A stretch of DNA of 64,000 bases from the NCBI GenBank assembly GCA_951406725.2, contig OX597819.1:3720001-3784000 (forward strand), read 5' to 3'. The position numbers and the translations under genes are program-made. Source of the DNA: Octopus vulgaris. Its lineage: Eukaryota. Below, piece after piece: positions 38,956-53,584 of the stretch (the stretch's first letter is position 1; every line of letters starts with the position of its first letter). The notes under the pieces are model-generated. The model saw only the letters and a list, made by a program, of their open reading frames with translations. It was not told where the DNA came from and did no database searches.

Positions 38956-41900
38956 ACTGGTACGAGAATTCTTTGAAGAAACCTTGGTTCTAGCTGTCTT
39001 CCTATGTACATAGCACTTTAGATGGAGCTTATAGTAAAAAGTTCACGTGACTTTAATTGACCCCATAAGCAACCTGGAATAGTATTTTTCCAGCTTTCTT
39101 TCTATTCAGTAGAAGTCTCACCTACTGTCAACGAAATTTTGTTCAACGTCTCTATGTGTATGCAACACATTTCTTTGCGTCATTTTTCAAACCAGTGCAA
39201 CATTTTTTCTGAAATCACTCTCATAACTTTTATGCTATTTTCAACAACACTTCCGCAGCATTAGAATATTTTCCAGGCATATCACACAAGCCATATTTAT
39301 CAATATTTGTTTTATTTACAAATGTAAATATATGTGAAATATTATCTGTATTTGTAACTTACTCTTGGACCGGAGGTTCTATATTACTTTACCATGGGGA
39401 ACTTTGTAATCTAAGTAGGAAACCATAATATATTTCAAGGGTGGGGTTTTATGAAAGTTAATTGTAAACGCGTAGCTATGCATTTCTGGCAAGTATACTT
39501 TCTAGAGCAAGTGTACGCTTTGGCAGCAGATGTAATTGGATATTTCAGGATATTTGCTACAGCAGACAGATTATTAAGGAGTTGACATCAACGTCTGTAT
39601 ACATATAGACAATGTAACGAAGTTAATTTAATAGAACTATACACAAATACATCTCCGATAATCGCATAAGGAGCATAATTGATGGCTTTAGAAAGATATT
39701 TGTTTACTTGAGGAGTAGAATTCATGCGGAATAGAGTTAGATGTGGGGTTCAGCACAATTGTAATTATCTTTTAATAGACAATTTAATATATTTAGTTGT
39801 ATAGCAATATAAATTCGTAACCACATAACAGAAATATAATGGTTTTTTAATAAGAGACAAAAAATGTATACGTTCAGAAATTAACATTATAAGGAAATTT
39901 TACCAATGTTCATCGTTAGCTGAATCCTAGCTAAATATGTTAAGATTTCTATAATCGTGATGATTTAATTGATGAAGTAATGAATACAATTCATGACAAA
40001 TTTGAGGAAAATGAACTGCAGTTTGTTCAGAGTCATCGGCAGAATAAAACCCACTCCAAATATAGGCGTGGGTAAGCTTGTATGAAAGCGGTGAATCGTT
40101 AGCGTCTCCTCAATCAGAATGCCTTAAGTTATTTGCTCTGGCTTTCTGCATTCTGAAGTCAAAGATCAAATTTACCTTTTAACCATTTGGAGTTAATAAA
40201 TAAAATTAATAAAAAAGTACTTTTTTTAATTCTCAATCAAAATTCAATGATAAGACTTCAGTATTTGTCAAAGAAGTCAATGTTTCCTTCGCCAACCTCA
40301 TAATACAAGGAAAAACTTCATTTCGTAACGTTGCGCTTTCAGTTTGGTTTCCACTGCACCACACATTAAGCCAAAGTTTTCTATAAAAGCCTCAAGTCTA
40401 TTGTAGCCTCAATATGTTGTGAGTGGGATTTGTGAGACGTAAATAATGCCGCCTTATATAATATAATACGTATAAATGTGCCCGTGTTTACGTATTCACT
40501 GGTTCGACAAATAGATACGATAAGTGGTACCCCAGAATACCTGCAGTCCAATGAATGGAATTAGTTGAAAATAAAAATTACTTTAGATGTTTATGTAAAC
40601 TTTGTAGAATACAATTCATTTTGTGTACAGACGGGTTTTTCTCGGTACATTTTGTTGATTCTTGTTCGAAAATGTAATTCTTTTAGATTCTTGTGATACA
40701 GTTGTAATTTGAATATAACAATCCACCTTAAATCATGAATGAATATAATAAACAATCATTTCCCCATCTTCTAAATACTTTTCATTTTGTAGAAAAAAGG
40801 GGGAAAGAACAACATTTATCATGTTTTGCAAACTATTGGGTGTACAAGTAGGAAGATACTTTGCTTCAACTGTTGAACAGAAGGAAACAGCGCTTCTAGT
40901 TATCAAGTTTTCCTCAGACTAAATAGCAAGTCCAAATATTATAATTGTAAAATTCTCAAACATAGCTCAAGAACTAAGTGATGGTGTTTAAGTGGACAAC
41001 AGATTAACTCCGCCCAAGAACAAACTCGGTCAATTCGTCGGACTTGCGCACAGTTTCTGCTTATTTAATATCATTCAAAATGTTTAAGCTGATTCCAGGC
41101 TATGATTGAAGATACTCGTCCATGATTCTGATCAATCGCTTCGAACCCGGAAGCTCGTAATTACTTGTGCCTATTGCTGTAGCAAAGTCATATAACAACG
41201 GATTGATTACTATCAAATTACTTCCTATATATCCTAACAGAATTAGGATTAAAATCATTCGTCTATTAAAAATTAATAAATCGAGGTAATATTTTTTGGA
41301 ACGTTGGCATAATTTAATTATATATCCAATATATCCCCTAAATGAAAACTACAAAGTCTATTGTTGTTATGAGTTGAAATAGAAATGAAAGTACTGTTAA
41401 AACTACTCTATCGTTATGTTGCAGTTTGTGAGTACTGAGACTGGCTACGTCTGTATTCCTTTGTGTTTTCAAGGATTCTCTTACAAAGAGATGAGGCGCC
41501 AATATTAGAGTCCAGTTAGTTTCAGAGATAAATGAAACAAAGATTCTAAATGTGATAGACCGTACAGACTATCTCTCTACTTGGCTACCATCCCACATTC
41601 AGAAATTTTGCCGTAAAAATCTTTGTAAAAGAAGTGTATTCGGAAAATGAACCCCCTTCTAGAGATAATGACGCCGCATATCATTGTTTTTCAGCGAATG
41701 TTTTTTACTCTAGAGACAAATTTGACGATTCATTCCGAAGCAACATGTTACTAAATACGTTTGAAAATGGATGTTCAGCAACTATTTGTCCTTAGAATCA
41801 GATCTCTATCTCATCCATCATATATGTTCTGAGAGATTCAAAAGTTTATTTTTTATTATTCAATATCCCGTTTAATTCAGTTTTCCTACATCATATCATA

Positions 41901-42323
41901 ATGATATATGTAATGGACGATGTCAGTTTTCAATTGATGTTCCATTAATACACTATTCCTTTGTCGGATCAAATAATGATAATTTTGTTAATGATATCAT
42001 TTAGTATCAATTTGTTACAAACTGTCTGGTTAAATGAAAGGAATATTGGCTTCATCTGCTAATATTTGGTGCACAATATCAAATGCTTCTATTTATCCTT
42101 CACGAGAATTCCCGTATTAAGGAAGTAATATGTTCCTGAAAATCCCGTAAAGCAAAATCCCGTATCGTGAAATTAAGTTTCTTATTGATTTTCATGTTAG
42201 AAAGTGATAATGAGTTCTAAGAGATTTTTTCTCAAAATTATAAATAAAAAGCGATAAGAACAAAATAATAATAATAATAATAATATTTATAATAATAATA
42301 ATAATAATATAATAATAATAATA

Positions 42324-42880
42324 AATGCCCTGATGCAGTACCAGGCAGTGGCTCTCATGGCTTCTGATCTTAACTGATTGGAAGTGTTATCATGTACATT
42401 GTTCTGTCTTGGTATAAAAGATGGGCTACAGCAAATATTCTGCTCAATACCACAGATTTGCTTGTCAGTTGTTTGACCTTAACCAGTTGAGCATGTCTCT
42501 TAGTGGCTGACGATATGTGCATCTCTGATCACGAGCAGAAGTAGTGGGGGAGCATCATAGCCATGTGTTGAGAGGGATTCTTTGGGGTTTGAATAATTCA
42601 CCTCTGGAGACATTGGTGGTTTTTTCAACATCCTTAAACGACCCTTATTCAGGGACCGTTTGAGCGGGATGGGCTACCCAACCTGAAGAAAATTCTAACT
42701 GGGCCCCACCTGCAAGGTCATGTGCAGTTTATCTTGATATGAGATCACCATGTCGCGCACATATGGTTGTGATGCATGTGCCTGGTGTACCTTTATCAGA
42801 CGGGTAGTCATGATGGGCATATTGGGCTTCGTATATTTTACCCCAGTGTCACTTTGATGGCATGAACTGCTCTCTCACTC
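42324..42880 (+). mobile_element. Non-autonomous (TAA)n-associated element, copy 1
   Basis: About 555 bp, flanked on both sides by (TAA)n. Second copy at 24811-25310. No ORF and no evident tRNA head. Confidence 0.85.
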
Positions 42881-42921
<41 letters not shown>

Positions 42922-44570
42922 TAATAAAGTAAACTGGTGTGGCTTTGTTATAAGAAGTTTGCTTCTCAACCACATGATTCTGGGTTCAGTTCCACAGCGT
43001 GTTACTGTGGGCAGTGTCTGTAGTAATTCAGGTCGTGGTAAGCCCCTCTTGTAATTTTTATGCTACGTTCATGATTAGTATTGTCATCAGTAAAATCTTG
43101 CGGATCTTCTATCAGGACCAGGCGTCAAGCAAAATACTTTACAGGTAATTTAAGAGGAGTTGGTGGAATTTCCGTATTCTCGTTTATATTCTCGCCTTGC
43201 TCTTCTTCTAACAGCATCAGTTCTTTGTTAGATCAAATTCCTCCATGAAACACTAGCAACGTAGTGATATCCTCTATCACTTCTTAAAACGCTACGTTAT
43301 TTGCAAGTGTCACAATATTTCTGTCAATTTGAATGTTTTTTGCTTGTGGAAAACTTGCAAAGTCACGTATACAGTATTACTTTATATTTTCTCAAGCTCT
43401 ATACAGTATTGAAGGTTCCACTTATGTCAATTCTCAGGTAAGCTTTCAGAAATATCCATTATGCTGAACTTTTCCCAGCTGTTTCTAATTGTAGATTTAT
43501 CCTCCCTGTCAAATGTTTTCATAATTTGTTTGATAGCTCTTTCCGGACAACATGCATTGACATTAACTATCACACCACTCGATAGAGTAAAGAATTTGGA
43601 TATAGGATTTAAAATATGCTTGTTACCAATTCTTCGAAAACAGTCTTAATAATCTCTGCCTTCTTATTTGAATGCCAAATCAGAAGCTAATTAAACCCAT
43701 AAAATTCCTGGGATTTTTGGAGTGATACACAAGTAGGGATTTTGATTTCATAGCACCAGCGGTGTTTCCTCCTAGAAGTGTCAAACGAAGATTTGCCTCT
43801 TGGTGTCGATTTTTCTTCAAGATAAATGCAAGTACAATTTCATCAAACTCACTTCCGAGTTATTTGAAAACTCATATCTCAAATACTTCTGCTAAGTGAA
43901 GTTAAATTTATACAGAATATCTAGATTTTATTCATACACAAATAAAGTCGACATTTGTAAAACGATAACTTAGGACCAGGCAAAGCTCTGTGTTGAAGTC
44001 CACTTTACATCGATGCGATTCCAGGGCTAATCCCACTTGTAACAAAACTGTTCCTACAGTCTCGGCTTGATAGAATTAATCGATTCTGAATCATGGAACC
44101 GCATACGTCGAAATCGACCTGGGAGTCCAATCTCTCATCTTTTCTCCCCTCCTCTCTCTCTTTCTCTCTTTCTCTATTTAACATATACATATGTTTGTAT
44201 GTTTATTTGTCCCTGTTGTTCTTATATATTTAGCCCAAACTGATGGCTAATAAAAATCAGTGCGTGTCACAATGTGAACTTCCCACTCAATAAAGTAATT
44301 ACGTGATTGAATTAATTATCGCTGTCGATACGGAAAAGTAAAAAATTTAAGGTAGTACACCAATGTAACTTCATTCCAATGATTGAAACGGGTAAAATAA
44401 AACAAAATAACTAATTTCATTGATGCTACACTCGGTTATTTGTAAGCATATGTATAGTTCTGCTAATGAGTTTTAAGCGAATGTAATATCGATCCTATTT
44501 CTACATACACCTTCTCACCATTAAAGAATTATCTACACAATATGTTCAACTCCCCATCTAACTCGAAGTA

Positions 44571-44780
44571 TCTCTTTTACTCTTTTACTTGTTTCAGTCA
44601 TTTGACTGCGGCTATGCTGGAGCACCGCCTTTAGTCGAGCAAATCGACCCCGGAACTTATTCTTTGTAAGCCCAGTACTTATTCTATCGGTCTTTTTTGC
44701 TGAACCGCTAAGTGACGGCGACGTAAATACACCAGCATCGGTTGTCAAGCAATGCTAGGGGGACAAACACAGACACACAA

Positions 44781-44831
<51 letters not shown>

Positions 44832-45002
44832 CATATGTACGATGGGATTCTTTCAGTTTCCGTCTACCAAATCCACTCACAAGGCTTTGGTCGGCCCGAG
44901 GCTATAGAAGAAGACACTTGCCCAAGATGCCACGCAGTGGGACTGAACCCGGAACCATGTGGTTGGTAAACAAGCTACTTACCACACAGCCACTCCTTCG
45001 CC
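44571..45002 (-). mobile_element. SINE family C, full length
   Basis: Homologous to 28331-28673, with head, central (CA)/(TA) microsatellite and tail. Confidence 0.88.
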
Positions 45003-46435
45003 TATCTGTTGAGAAATTATCAGTAACTTTTGTAATTTAACTCCCCCTACACACAAAACTTAACATATGCGTCACTGTTATTGAGAATATGTTGTTGAAA
45101 ATATATGTTATAATTTTTTATTCTTCACGGTGTTACTGGTAAGTCCTCAAATTCCTGACTGTACCTTTTATACTAGATGAAATATTATAAATCAGGTACT
45201 CAAGCGAGCTTGACTTCAGACTGTTTTTGTATAGTATATATTTGGTTTCAGAGTTAGTACACCAAAATGCAAAAATAGGTAACTCAAATTCAATTCATGG
45301 TTCAAATTCTTACAATATGAATCGGATGTACTTCATTGGAAGTTTGTCAAATGTGATGAAAGTACTCTTTTCACTGATAATCCTTATGATGAAGAGGTAA
45401 TCCTTCTAGTCCAGATAAAATTATAATAGTTATCACAGAGTATGTCCACAGGAAGAAGTTTATGCTGGAATATTTGTCCTCCATTTAACGTATAAAACAA
45501 TTTGGGTGCCATTTATCTCTGTTATTTAATCAATGAAAAACTTATTTATATATCAAATATGCCTTTTATCATAAGAGATATGAATCACCTGAAAATATTC
45601 TTGCTTAAAGAGTTGATTCAGTAGTAAAATTGATAAACCTTGTTCCATTACCAAGACGTTGCTGTTAGCAGATTTACTTAAGCTACAGGGGCTGAATATA
45701 TTAACATTTCCGGAAGATGCTGGGATTCTCAAATTTTCATCAACTGTATTTCACTTCATTACTGAATTGACTAACTTGTGGGAATGATTGAATACTTTCG
45801 CAATAAGCAGTGACAAGCAAAAGTTTAAAATCCATCAACTTGCCAGTCTTCTATCAAATTAATAATATATCTTAAAATTAATTCTTTGTTCTTATTGACG
45901 CTATCCATTAAATCAAATGAATAAGAAATCATTTCTGTGCCTCTTTATTCATAATATCCTCATTAATTCTGTCTATATTGGTGCAGTCGCCATCGGAGAA
46001 ATATTTCCTCTCTACTCTAGATACCTTTGTGTATGTTTCTGGCATTGTTCTCATTGCTTCACTGGCGTTCTTAACAAATTGCTTAATTGTAACTAATATA
46101 GAAATAGTCTACATTCTCTAATATTCAACCACAACAACTGCGGCGGGTAGTTCTGTTCATTTCATTTCCAATATTTTTCTCCTTTATACAAGAGTTACCA
46201 AATTTGGGCAATGGAATAGTATATTACTGGTATAGAGTTTCTTACTGTCGAAAACTGAATAAGAACGCAAAGAGATGCAATGAAAGACCAAGAATATTTT
46301 TTTCATCGTTCTTTCGAGTCTGCCAGTCACCACACAAATTAGATTTTTGTTAACACAGGACGATAAATTCGGAAATGTTTTCTCATTTGACGTCAATAAA
46401 TCAGTCTGAGTAACAAGTTGTGATTTATTTCTATG

Positions 46436-46598
46436 GGTGCAGATGCGGTTGTGTGGTAAGAAGTTTCCATCGCAACCACATGGTTCGGGTTCGGTCCCAA
46501 TGCGTGGCATCTTGGCTAATTATATTCTGCTATAGCCGCGGATCAATCTAACCCTTTTTAGTGGAATAGGTAGATGGAAGCGTCAAGAAGTCGATATA

Positions 46599-46650
<52 letters not shown>

Positions 46651-46835
46651 TGTATGTATGTATGTATGTATGTATGTATGTATGTATGTATATACATACA
46701 TAGTGTGTGAATGTGCATGTGTGTTCGTGTCTTTGTGTCTGCATTTGCCCACCCCACCGCTTGACAAACGGTGGGGTGGACAAATACAAAAATAGTTGAA
46801 GGCCGCAGTCCAATGACTGTAACAAGTAAAAAATG
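46436..46835 (+). mobile_element. SINE family C, diverged
   Basis: ggttgtgtggtaagaagtttcc...ggttcggtcccaatgcgtggcatcttgg...ggccgcagtccaatgactg. Confidence 0.75.
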
Positions 46836-47527
46836 AAACAAAAGATCCAAAACAGAAGACGGGTTTATTATTGCAGACTTCATCGCAAATCCAAATCCGG
46901 GCATTTGAAGTTCAACTCTGTTCAGGTTATTGAGTATGGTCCAACATCTAAGATAGAATTGTAGGTGAAGTGTCGTAATTCCTCTATTAGTCGAGACTGC
47001 AATGATGTCAACAGCTTGCATGCAACTGACTTCCACTATATGGTTTTCGCAGCAAACATATTGATAAATATGATCACTCTAAATTTTGTGGAGGTAAATG
47101 TGGTCGCTGTTTTCGACCACTTGTTCTAAACCAAATAAAACTGAAGGTTAGTATTGCTATTATTAGTTGTGGAGGTTTTGTTCTTGTTAGCCTTAGCAGT
47201 TAATGTATAACAGTCACTTATTTTATTAGACTAGACGTAAATTGTTTTAAGATCTCAAAAAAAAAAAAAAAAAGTATGTGCAGAGTTGCCACTCTTCGGT
47301 ATTTCCCATTGATTATAGCTAAAGAGTAAGAAACGCGTTTAGAAATCCGACAGGGAGCGGCACTGGAGAGATATGGTGTTCTCAAACATTTTTATCATAA
47401 GAGATAATTTTTCTTCACGGTAACTGCAGTGAGTTACCCTTAGAAGTTGAAATCTGTTACTAACAAATTTTAACTAACCAAAAGTTCGCTTATGCGTAAA
47501 CACAGCTTGGTGTCGATACTTATCTAA

Positions 47528-47561
<34 letters not shown>

Positions 47562-47747
47562 AACACACACACACATATATATGTATATGTGTGTGTGTGT
47601 GTATATATATATATATACATTATATATATGTATATATATATATATATATATATTAGAAGAAATGAGGTAATCAAAAGATCGGATGGTTTTTATTTACAGA
47701 TATTTATTTATATATTACATTTTTATATATATATCATATCACTTAGA

Positions 47748-47788
47748 TCATTAGCGCTTTCTCCCATTCTAGTGGGGTTTTCAAATCA
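47748..47788 (-). ncRNA. Minimal hammerhead-like motif with U3:A8 core
   Basis: Minus strand: tgAT-TTGAAAA-c-CCCA(ctagaa)TGGG-a-GAAA-GCGC-TA-ATga. Stem I is weak. Lies in a 150-bp cassette between (TA)n runs. Confidence 0.55.
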
Positions 47789-48529
47789 AAATAATCAATA
47801 TATACATACATATATATATATATAATTATCGTATATCTTTTACCTGTTTCAGTCATTAGACTATGGCCATACTAGGGCACCAGCTTGAAGAATTTGTTGT
47901 TGAATGAATGAACCCCAGTATTTTCTTAAACCTGGTATCCTTTATCTTTTGCGGAACAGCTAATTTACGGGGACAAAAGCCCACTAACACCGGTTGTCAA
48001 GTGGTGGACGACAAACACACACACACACGCACACACACACACACACACGCACACACAGAGTAACAAACACCATGCAGACCTGGAACCAATAGATGTGATC
48101 CATTTCTACAAGAATTAGTACAGGATTTTCACATGCTAGGGTAATGTAATAAATTCTGGACAGGAGCAAGCATTGAGATGCCTGCACATGAGGAAATTCC
48201 CTTAAATAAATAATTATCATTTAAACTATGCAAGGTTTTGAAATGATAGACTGAAAATGATTATCCAATGAGAACTTGAATTAGAGATTGTTCGCGTATG
48301 ACTTAACGGTTGGCTTTAAATTATACAACGGAGGGTTTATTAGAAGAAATCATTAAACGGCCATACTGAGGGATATCAAGTTAAGACCTTGAAGAGGCTG
48401 CACCGTTTTATTGTAGGGTTGCAATTGCAACGATTGCTAATCGGTGCTACTGAAACATGTGTTGGGGTTAAAAGGCGCTATATAATTATAGAATTAAAGG
48501 TAATGCTATTGCTACTTCAGAGAAACCTT

Positions 48530-48547
48530 TATCTTCTGCTATAGCCA

Positions 48548-48581
<34 letters not shown>

Positions 48582-48732
48582 ATCCGCCGAAGTCGACTTT
48601 GCCTTTCATCCTTTCGGGGTCGATTAAATAAGTACCAGTTACGCACTGGGGTCGATATAATCGACTTAATCTGTTTCTCTGTCCTTGTTCGTCCCCCTCT
48701 GTGTTTAGCCCCTTGTGGGTAGTAAAGAAATA

Positions 48733-48777
<45 letters not shown>

Positions 48778-48819
48778 CATACATACATACATACATACAT
48801 ACATACATACATACATACA

Positions 48820-48852
<33 letters not shown>

Positions 48853-49002
48853 TTTTATACAAAACGACAAGTTTCCTTCATTCAGTTTCTGTCAACCAAA
48901 TCGGACGGCAGCCATAACAGATGACACGTAAACAAAGTGCTAAGCTGTAAGACTGAAACTATGTGGTTGAAAAGCAAAGCTCTTACCACACAGCCACGCC
49001 CG
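48530..49002. mobile_element. Nested SINE fragments (family C minus; family A fragment plus at about 48585-48733)
   Basis: ccgccgaagtcgactttgcctttcatcctttcggggtcg (family A) and tcttaccacacagccacgcc (family C head, reverse). Confidence 0.7.
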
Positions 49003-49008
49003 TGCCTC

Positions 49009-49265
<257 letters not shown>

Positions 49266-49269
49266 ATAT

Positions 49270-49300
<31 letters not shown>

Positions 49301-49956
49301 AATGCATACAAACGAAATATTGATTTAGTTTTTAAACTACTTAGATAAATAAATGTTGGGAACGTATCATTCAAACTCGAGTATTTTCGCATATAAATAT
49401 CAATAGCTATCATCTAAATCTTACATAAGGTGTCTCTAAGGCACCTGCATGCTAGCAAATAAAACTGTATTTCTAGTATGTTGAGTCATAATCACAATGT
49501 AGCTTATCATTTAGATGGTGAAGTAGATGGAAGAAGAAACATATTTAGTCTCAATTTGAAGGCAATTTATATTTAGTAATTAGATTACCACCACAACAAA
49601 TTATCGCATAAATTCAATTTATATAAACTGCTTTTCCCTAATATAGAATTGTTTGTAACTAGAAGCTATTTTGATTTGGCGTCATCTAATTACGGCTCAG
49701 CTCGTTCTATTTGATAAACTTATACATTCATGTCTATAAGACTCATCCAAAAGACTCAAATAAACTCGGAAAATATTCAGTCACCTTTATGGAATTAAAA
49801 TCAGCTTTTCATTAGGATATACATGCAATAGGCATTTTGAATGGGTCCTTTCTAAATTATATTTGACAAGTAAATAGGTGGTGGAAGAAACACGATTTGT
49901 TTTGAGGGAATCCGATTTCGACAGAGATACTTCAAGCAATATTTAATTTCACTCTG

Positions 49957-52475
49957 CTTCTTCTTCTTCTTCTTCTTCTTCTTCTTCTTCTTCTTCTTCT
50001 TCTTCTTCTTCTTCTTCTTCTTCTTCTTCTTCTCCTCCTCCTCCTCCTCCTTCTTCTTCTTCTTCTTCTTCTTCTCCTCCTCCTCCTTCTTCTTCTTCTT
50101 CTTCTTCTTCTTTTTTTTTTCTTTTTCTTCTTCTTTTTTTTTCTTTTTCTTTTTCTTCTTCTTCTTTTTCTTCTTCTTCTTCTTCTTCTTCTTCTCCTCC
50201 TTCTTCTTCTTCTTCTTCTTCTTCTTCTTCTTCTTCTTCTTCTTCTTCTTCTTCTTCTCCTCCTCCTTCTTCTTCTTTTTCTTCTTCTTCTTCTTCTTCT
50301 TCTCCTTTTTCTTCTCGTTCTTGTTCTTGTTCTTGTTCTTGTTCTTGTTCTTCTTCTTGTTCTTCTTCTTCTTCTTCTTCTCCTCCTCCTCCTTCTTCTT
50401 CTTTTTCTTCTTCTTCTTTTTCTTCTTCTTCTTTTTCTTCTTCTTCTTCTTCTTCTTCTTCTTCTTCTCCTCCTTCTTCTTTTTCTTCTTCTTCTTCTTC
50501 TTCTTCTTCTTCTTCTCCTCCTCCTCCTTCTTCTTCTTTTTCTTCTTCTTCTTCTTCTTCTCCTTTTTCTTCTCGTTCTTGTTCTTGTTCTTGTTCTTGT
50601 TCTTGTTCTTGTTCTTCTTCTTCTTCTTCTTCTTCTTCTTCTTCTTCTTCTCCTCCTCCTCCTTCTTCTTCTTTTTCTTCTTCTTCTTTTTCTTCTTCTT
50701 CTTCTTCTTCTTCTCCTCCTCCTCCTTCTTCTTCTTCTTCTTCTTCTTCTTCTTTTTTTCTTTTTCTTTTTCTTCTTTTTTTTTCTTTTTCTTTTTCTTC
50801 TTCTTCTTTTTCTTCTTCTTCTTCTTCTTCTTCTCCTCCTCCTCCTCCTTCTTCTTCTTCTTCTTCTTTCTTTTTTTTTTTTTTCTTTTTCTTCTTCTTT
50901 TTTTTTCTTTTTCTTTTTCTTCTTCTTCTTTTTCTTCTTCTTCTTCTTCTTCTTCTTCTTCTCCTCCTTCTTCTTCTTCTTCTTCTTCTTCTTCTTCTTC
51001 TTCTTCTTCTTCTTCTTCTTCTTCTCCTCCTTCTTCTTCTTCTTCTTCTTTTCCTTCTTCTTCTTCTTCTTCTCCTTTTTCTTCTCGTTCTTGTTCTTGT
51101 TCTTGTTCTTGTTCTTGTTCTTCTTCTTGTTCTTCTTCTTCTTCTTCTTCTTCTTCTTCTTCTTCTTCTTCTCCTCCTCCTCCTTCTTCTTCTTTTTCTT
51201 CTTCTTCTTCTTCTTCTTCTTCTTCTTCTTCTTCTTCTTCTCCTCCTTCTTCTTCTTCTTCTTCTTCTTTTTCTTCTTCTTGTTCTTGTTCTTCTTCTTC
51301 TTCTTCTTCTTCTTCTTCTCCTCCTCCTCCTTCTTCTTCTTCTTCTTCTTCTTCTTCTTCTTTTTTTTTCTTTTTCTTTTTCTTCTTCTTCTTTTTTCTT
51401 CTTCTTCTTCTTCTTCTTCTTCTCCTCCTCCTTCTTCTTCTTCTTCTTCTTTTTTTTTCTTTTTCTTTTTCTTCTTCTTCTTTTTTTTTCTTTTTCTTTT
51501 TCTTCTTCTTCTTTTTCTTCTTCTTCTTCTTCTTCTTCTTCTTCTTCTCCTCCTTCTTCTTCTTCTTCTTCTTCTTCTTCTTCTTCTTCTTCTTCTTCTT
51601 CTTCTTCTCCTCCTTCTTCTTCTTCTTCTTCTTTTTCTTCTTCTTCTTCTTCTTCTCCTTTTTCTTCTCGTTCTTGTTCTTGTTCTTGTTCTTGTTCTTC
51701 TTCTTGTTCTTCTTGTTCTTCTTCTTCTTCTTCTTCTTCTTCTTCTTCTTCTTCTTCTCCTCCTCCTTCTTCTTCTTTTTCTTCTTCTTCTTCTTCTTCT
51801 CCCTTTTCTTCTCGTTCTTGTTCTTGTTCTTGTTCTTGTTCTTGTTCTTCTTCTTCTTCTTCTTCTTCTTCTTCTTCTTCTCCTCCTCCTCCTTCTTCTT
51901 CTTTTTCTTTTTCTTCTTCTTCTTCTCCTTTTTCTTCTCGTTCTTGTTCTTGTTCTTGTTCTTGTTCTTGTTCTTCTTCTTCTTCTTCTTCTTCTTCTTC
52001 TTCTTCTTCTTCTCCTCCTCCTCCTTCTTCTTCTTTTTCTTCTTCTTCTTCTTCTTCTCCTTTTTCTTCTCGTTCTTGTTCTTGTTCTTGTTCTTCTTCT
52101 TCTTCTTCTTCTTCTTCTTCTTCTTCTTCTTCTTCTTCTCCTCCTTCTTCTTCTTTTTCTTCTTCTTCTTCTTCTTCTTCTTTTTCTTCTCCTCCTCCTT
52201 CTTCTTCTTTTTCTTCTTCTTCTTCTTCTTCTTCTTCTTCTTCTTCTTCTTCTTCTTCTCCTCCTCCTTCTTCTTCTTCTTCTTCTTCTTCTTCTTCTTC
52301 TTCTTCTTCTTCTTCTTCTTCTCCTCCTCTTCTTCTTCTTCTTCTTCTTCTTCTTCTTCTTCTCCTTCTTCTTCTTCTTCTTCTTCTTCTCCTCCTTCTT
52401 CTTCTTCTTCTTCTTCTTCTTCTTCTTCTTCTTCTTCTTCTTCTTCTTCTTCTTCTTCTTCGTCGTCGTCGTCGT
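49957..52475. repeat. About 2.5-kb compound (TTC)n/(GAA)n tract
   Basis: TTC with TCC, TTT and TTG variants and a recurring motif ctcctttttcttctcgttcttg(ttcttg)n. Source of the 473-878 aa low-complexity ORFs. Confidence 0.97.
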
Positions 52476-52679
52476 CGGCGGCGTCCATCCCATCTTTACA
52501 TGGTTACTTTAAGATTACATTGTCAAATGTGCTCTTTCTTTATTGTAAGCTGTAAGTCGTGATTTTAAAGAGATTTGACTGCTATTTCTCGGACGTGGAG
52601 TGACGGCGTAGAGACTCATTTGCATTAGAGTTATTCGTATAAACTTCTTCAATCTCTTATAACAACTTGAATTCCACAA

Positions 52680-52724
<45 letters not shown>

Positions 52725-53206
52725 TTATACGTTTGTGCCTGCGTGCGAGTATGTGTGTGTGTGTTTAATCAGACGACAATGAATAATGAGAAAGGATTAT
52801 GAGTGGTCAGTTGCATGGATAAAGGCGAATAAAAGTATATTAAATATCGCACAACATAAATTCTACATACATTGAAATTATATCTGATTCCGGAGAAGGT
52901 GAAGCAATCGTTTGGTAAGAATTTGGAGCAACTCGAGGTAAGGAAGGATGATAATTACTGGAGACAATAATTGGCAAAATTTGTTGAGCCACTTAAAATT
53001 TTTTTAAGCTACTTAACAATCTCTACAACTCACTGAAAATGATCTACTGAAACAAGTGAAACTATGTTTTTATGACAGGGGTGTGTGGATCAATTTTGGA
53101 AGTATGTTAACGTTTTTAGTTAACGTATGACGGAGAATTTTTTAATATCATTTTTGCTTCTATGAGAATCATTTACCTTTCAAACAAAAAAGCAAGACCG
53201 ACATAT

Positions 53207-53584
53207 TAGATTGGAAACACTCCGTCGGTTACGACGACGAGGGTTCCGGTTGATCCGAATCAACGGAACAGCCTGCTCGTGAAATTAACGTGTAAGTGGC
53301 TGAGCACTCCACAGACACGTGTACCCTTAACGTAGTTCTCGGGGATATTCAGCGTGACACAGAGAGTGACAAGGCCGGCCCCTTGAAATACAGGTACAAC
53401 AGAAAAGAAGGAAGTAAGAGTGAGAGAAAGTTGTGGTGAAAGAGTACAGCAGTGATCACCACCATCCCCTGCCGGAGCCTCGTGGAGCTTTAGGTGCTTT
53501 CGCTCAATAAACACTCATAACGCCCGGTCTGGGAATCGAAACCGCGAGTCCGCTGCCCTAACCACTGGGCCATTGCGCCTCCAC
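53207..53584 (-). mobile_element. SINE family B, copy 3 (small head deletion)
   Basis: TSD accgacatat at 53197-53206 and 53585-53594. Confidence 0.9.

Noticed and set aside
49852-52555. Long ORFs of 473-878 aa (poly-K/E/R/F/S/L)
   Set aside because: They are translations of a stop-free trinucleotide tract in several frames on both strands, with no sign of coding.
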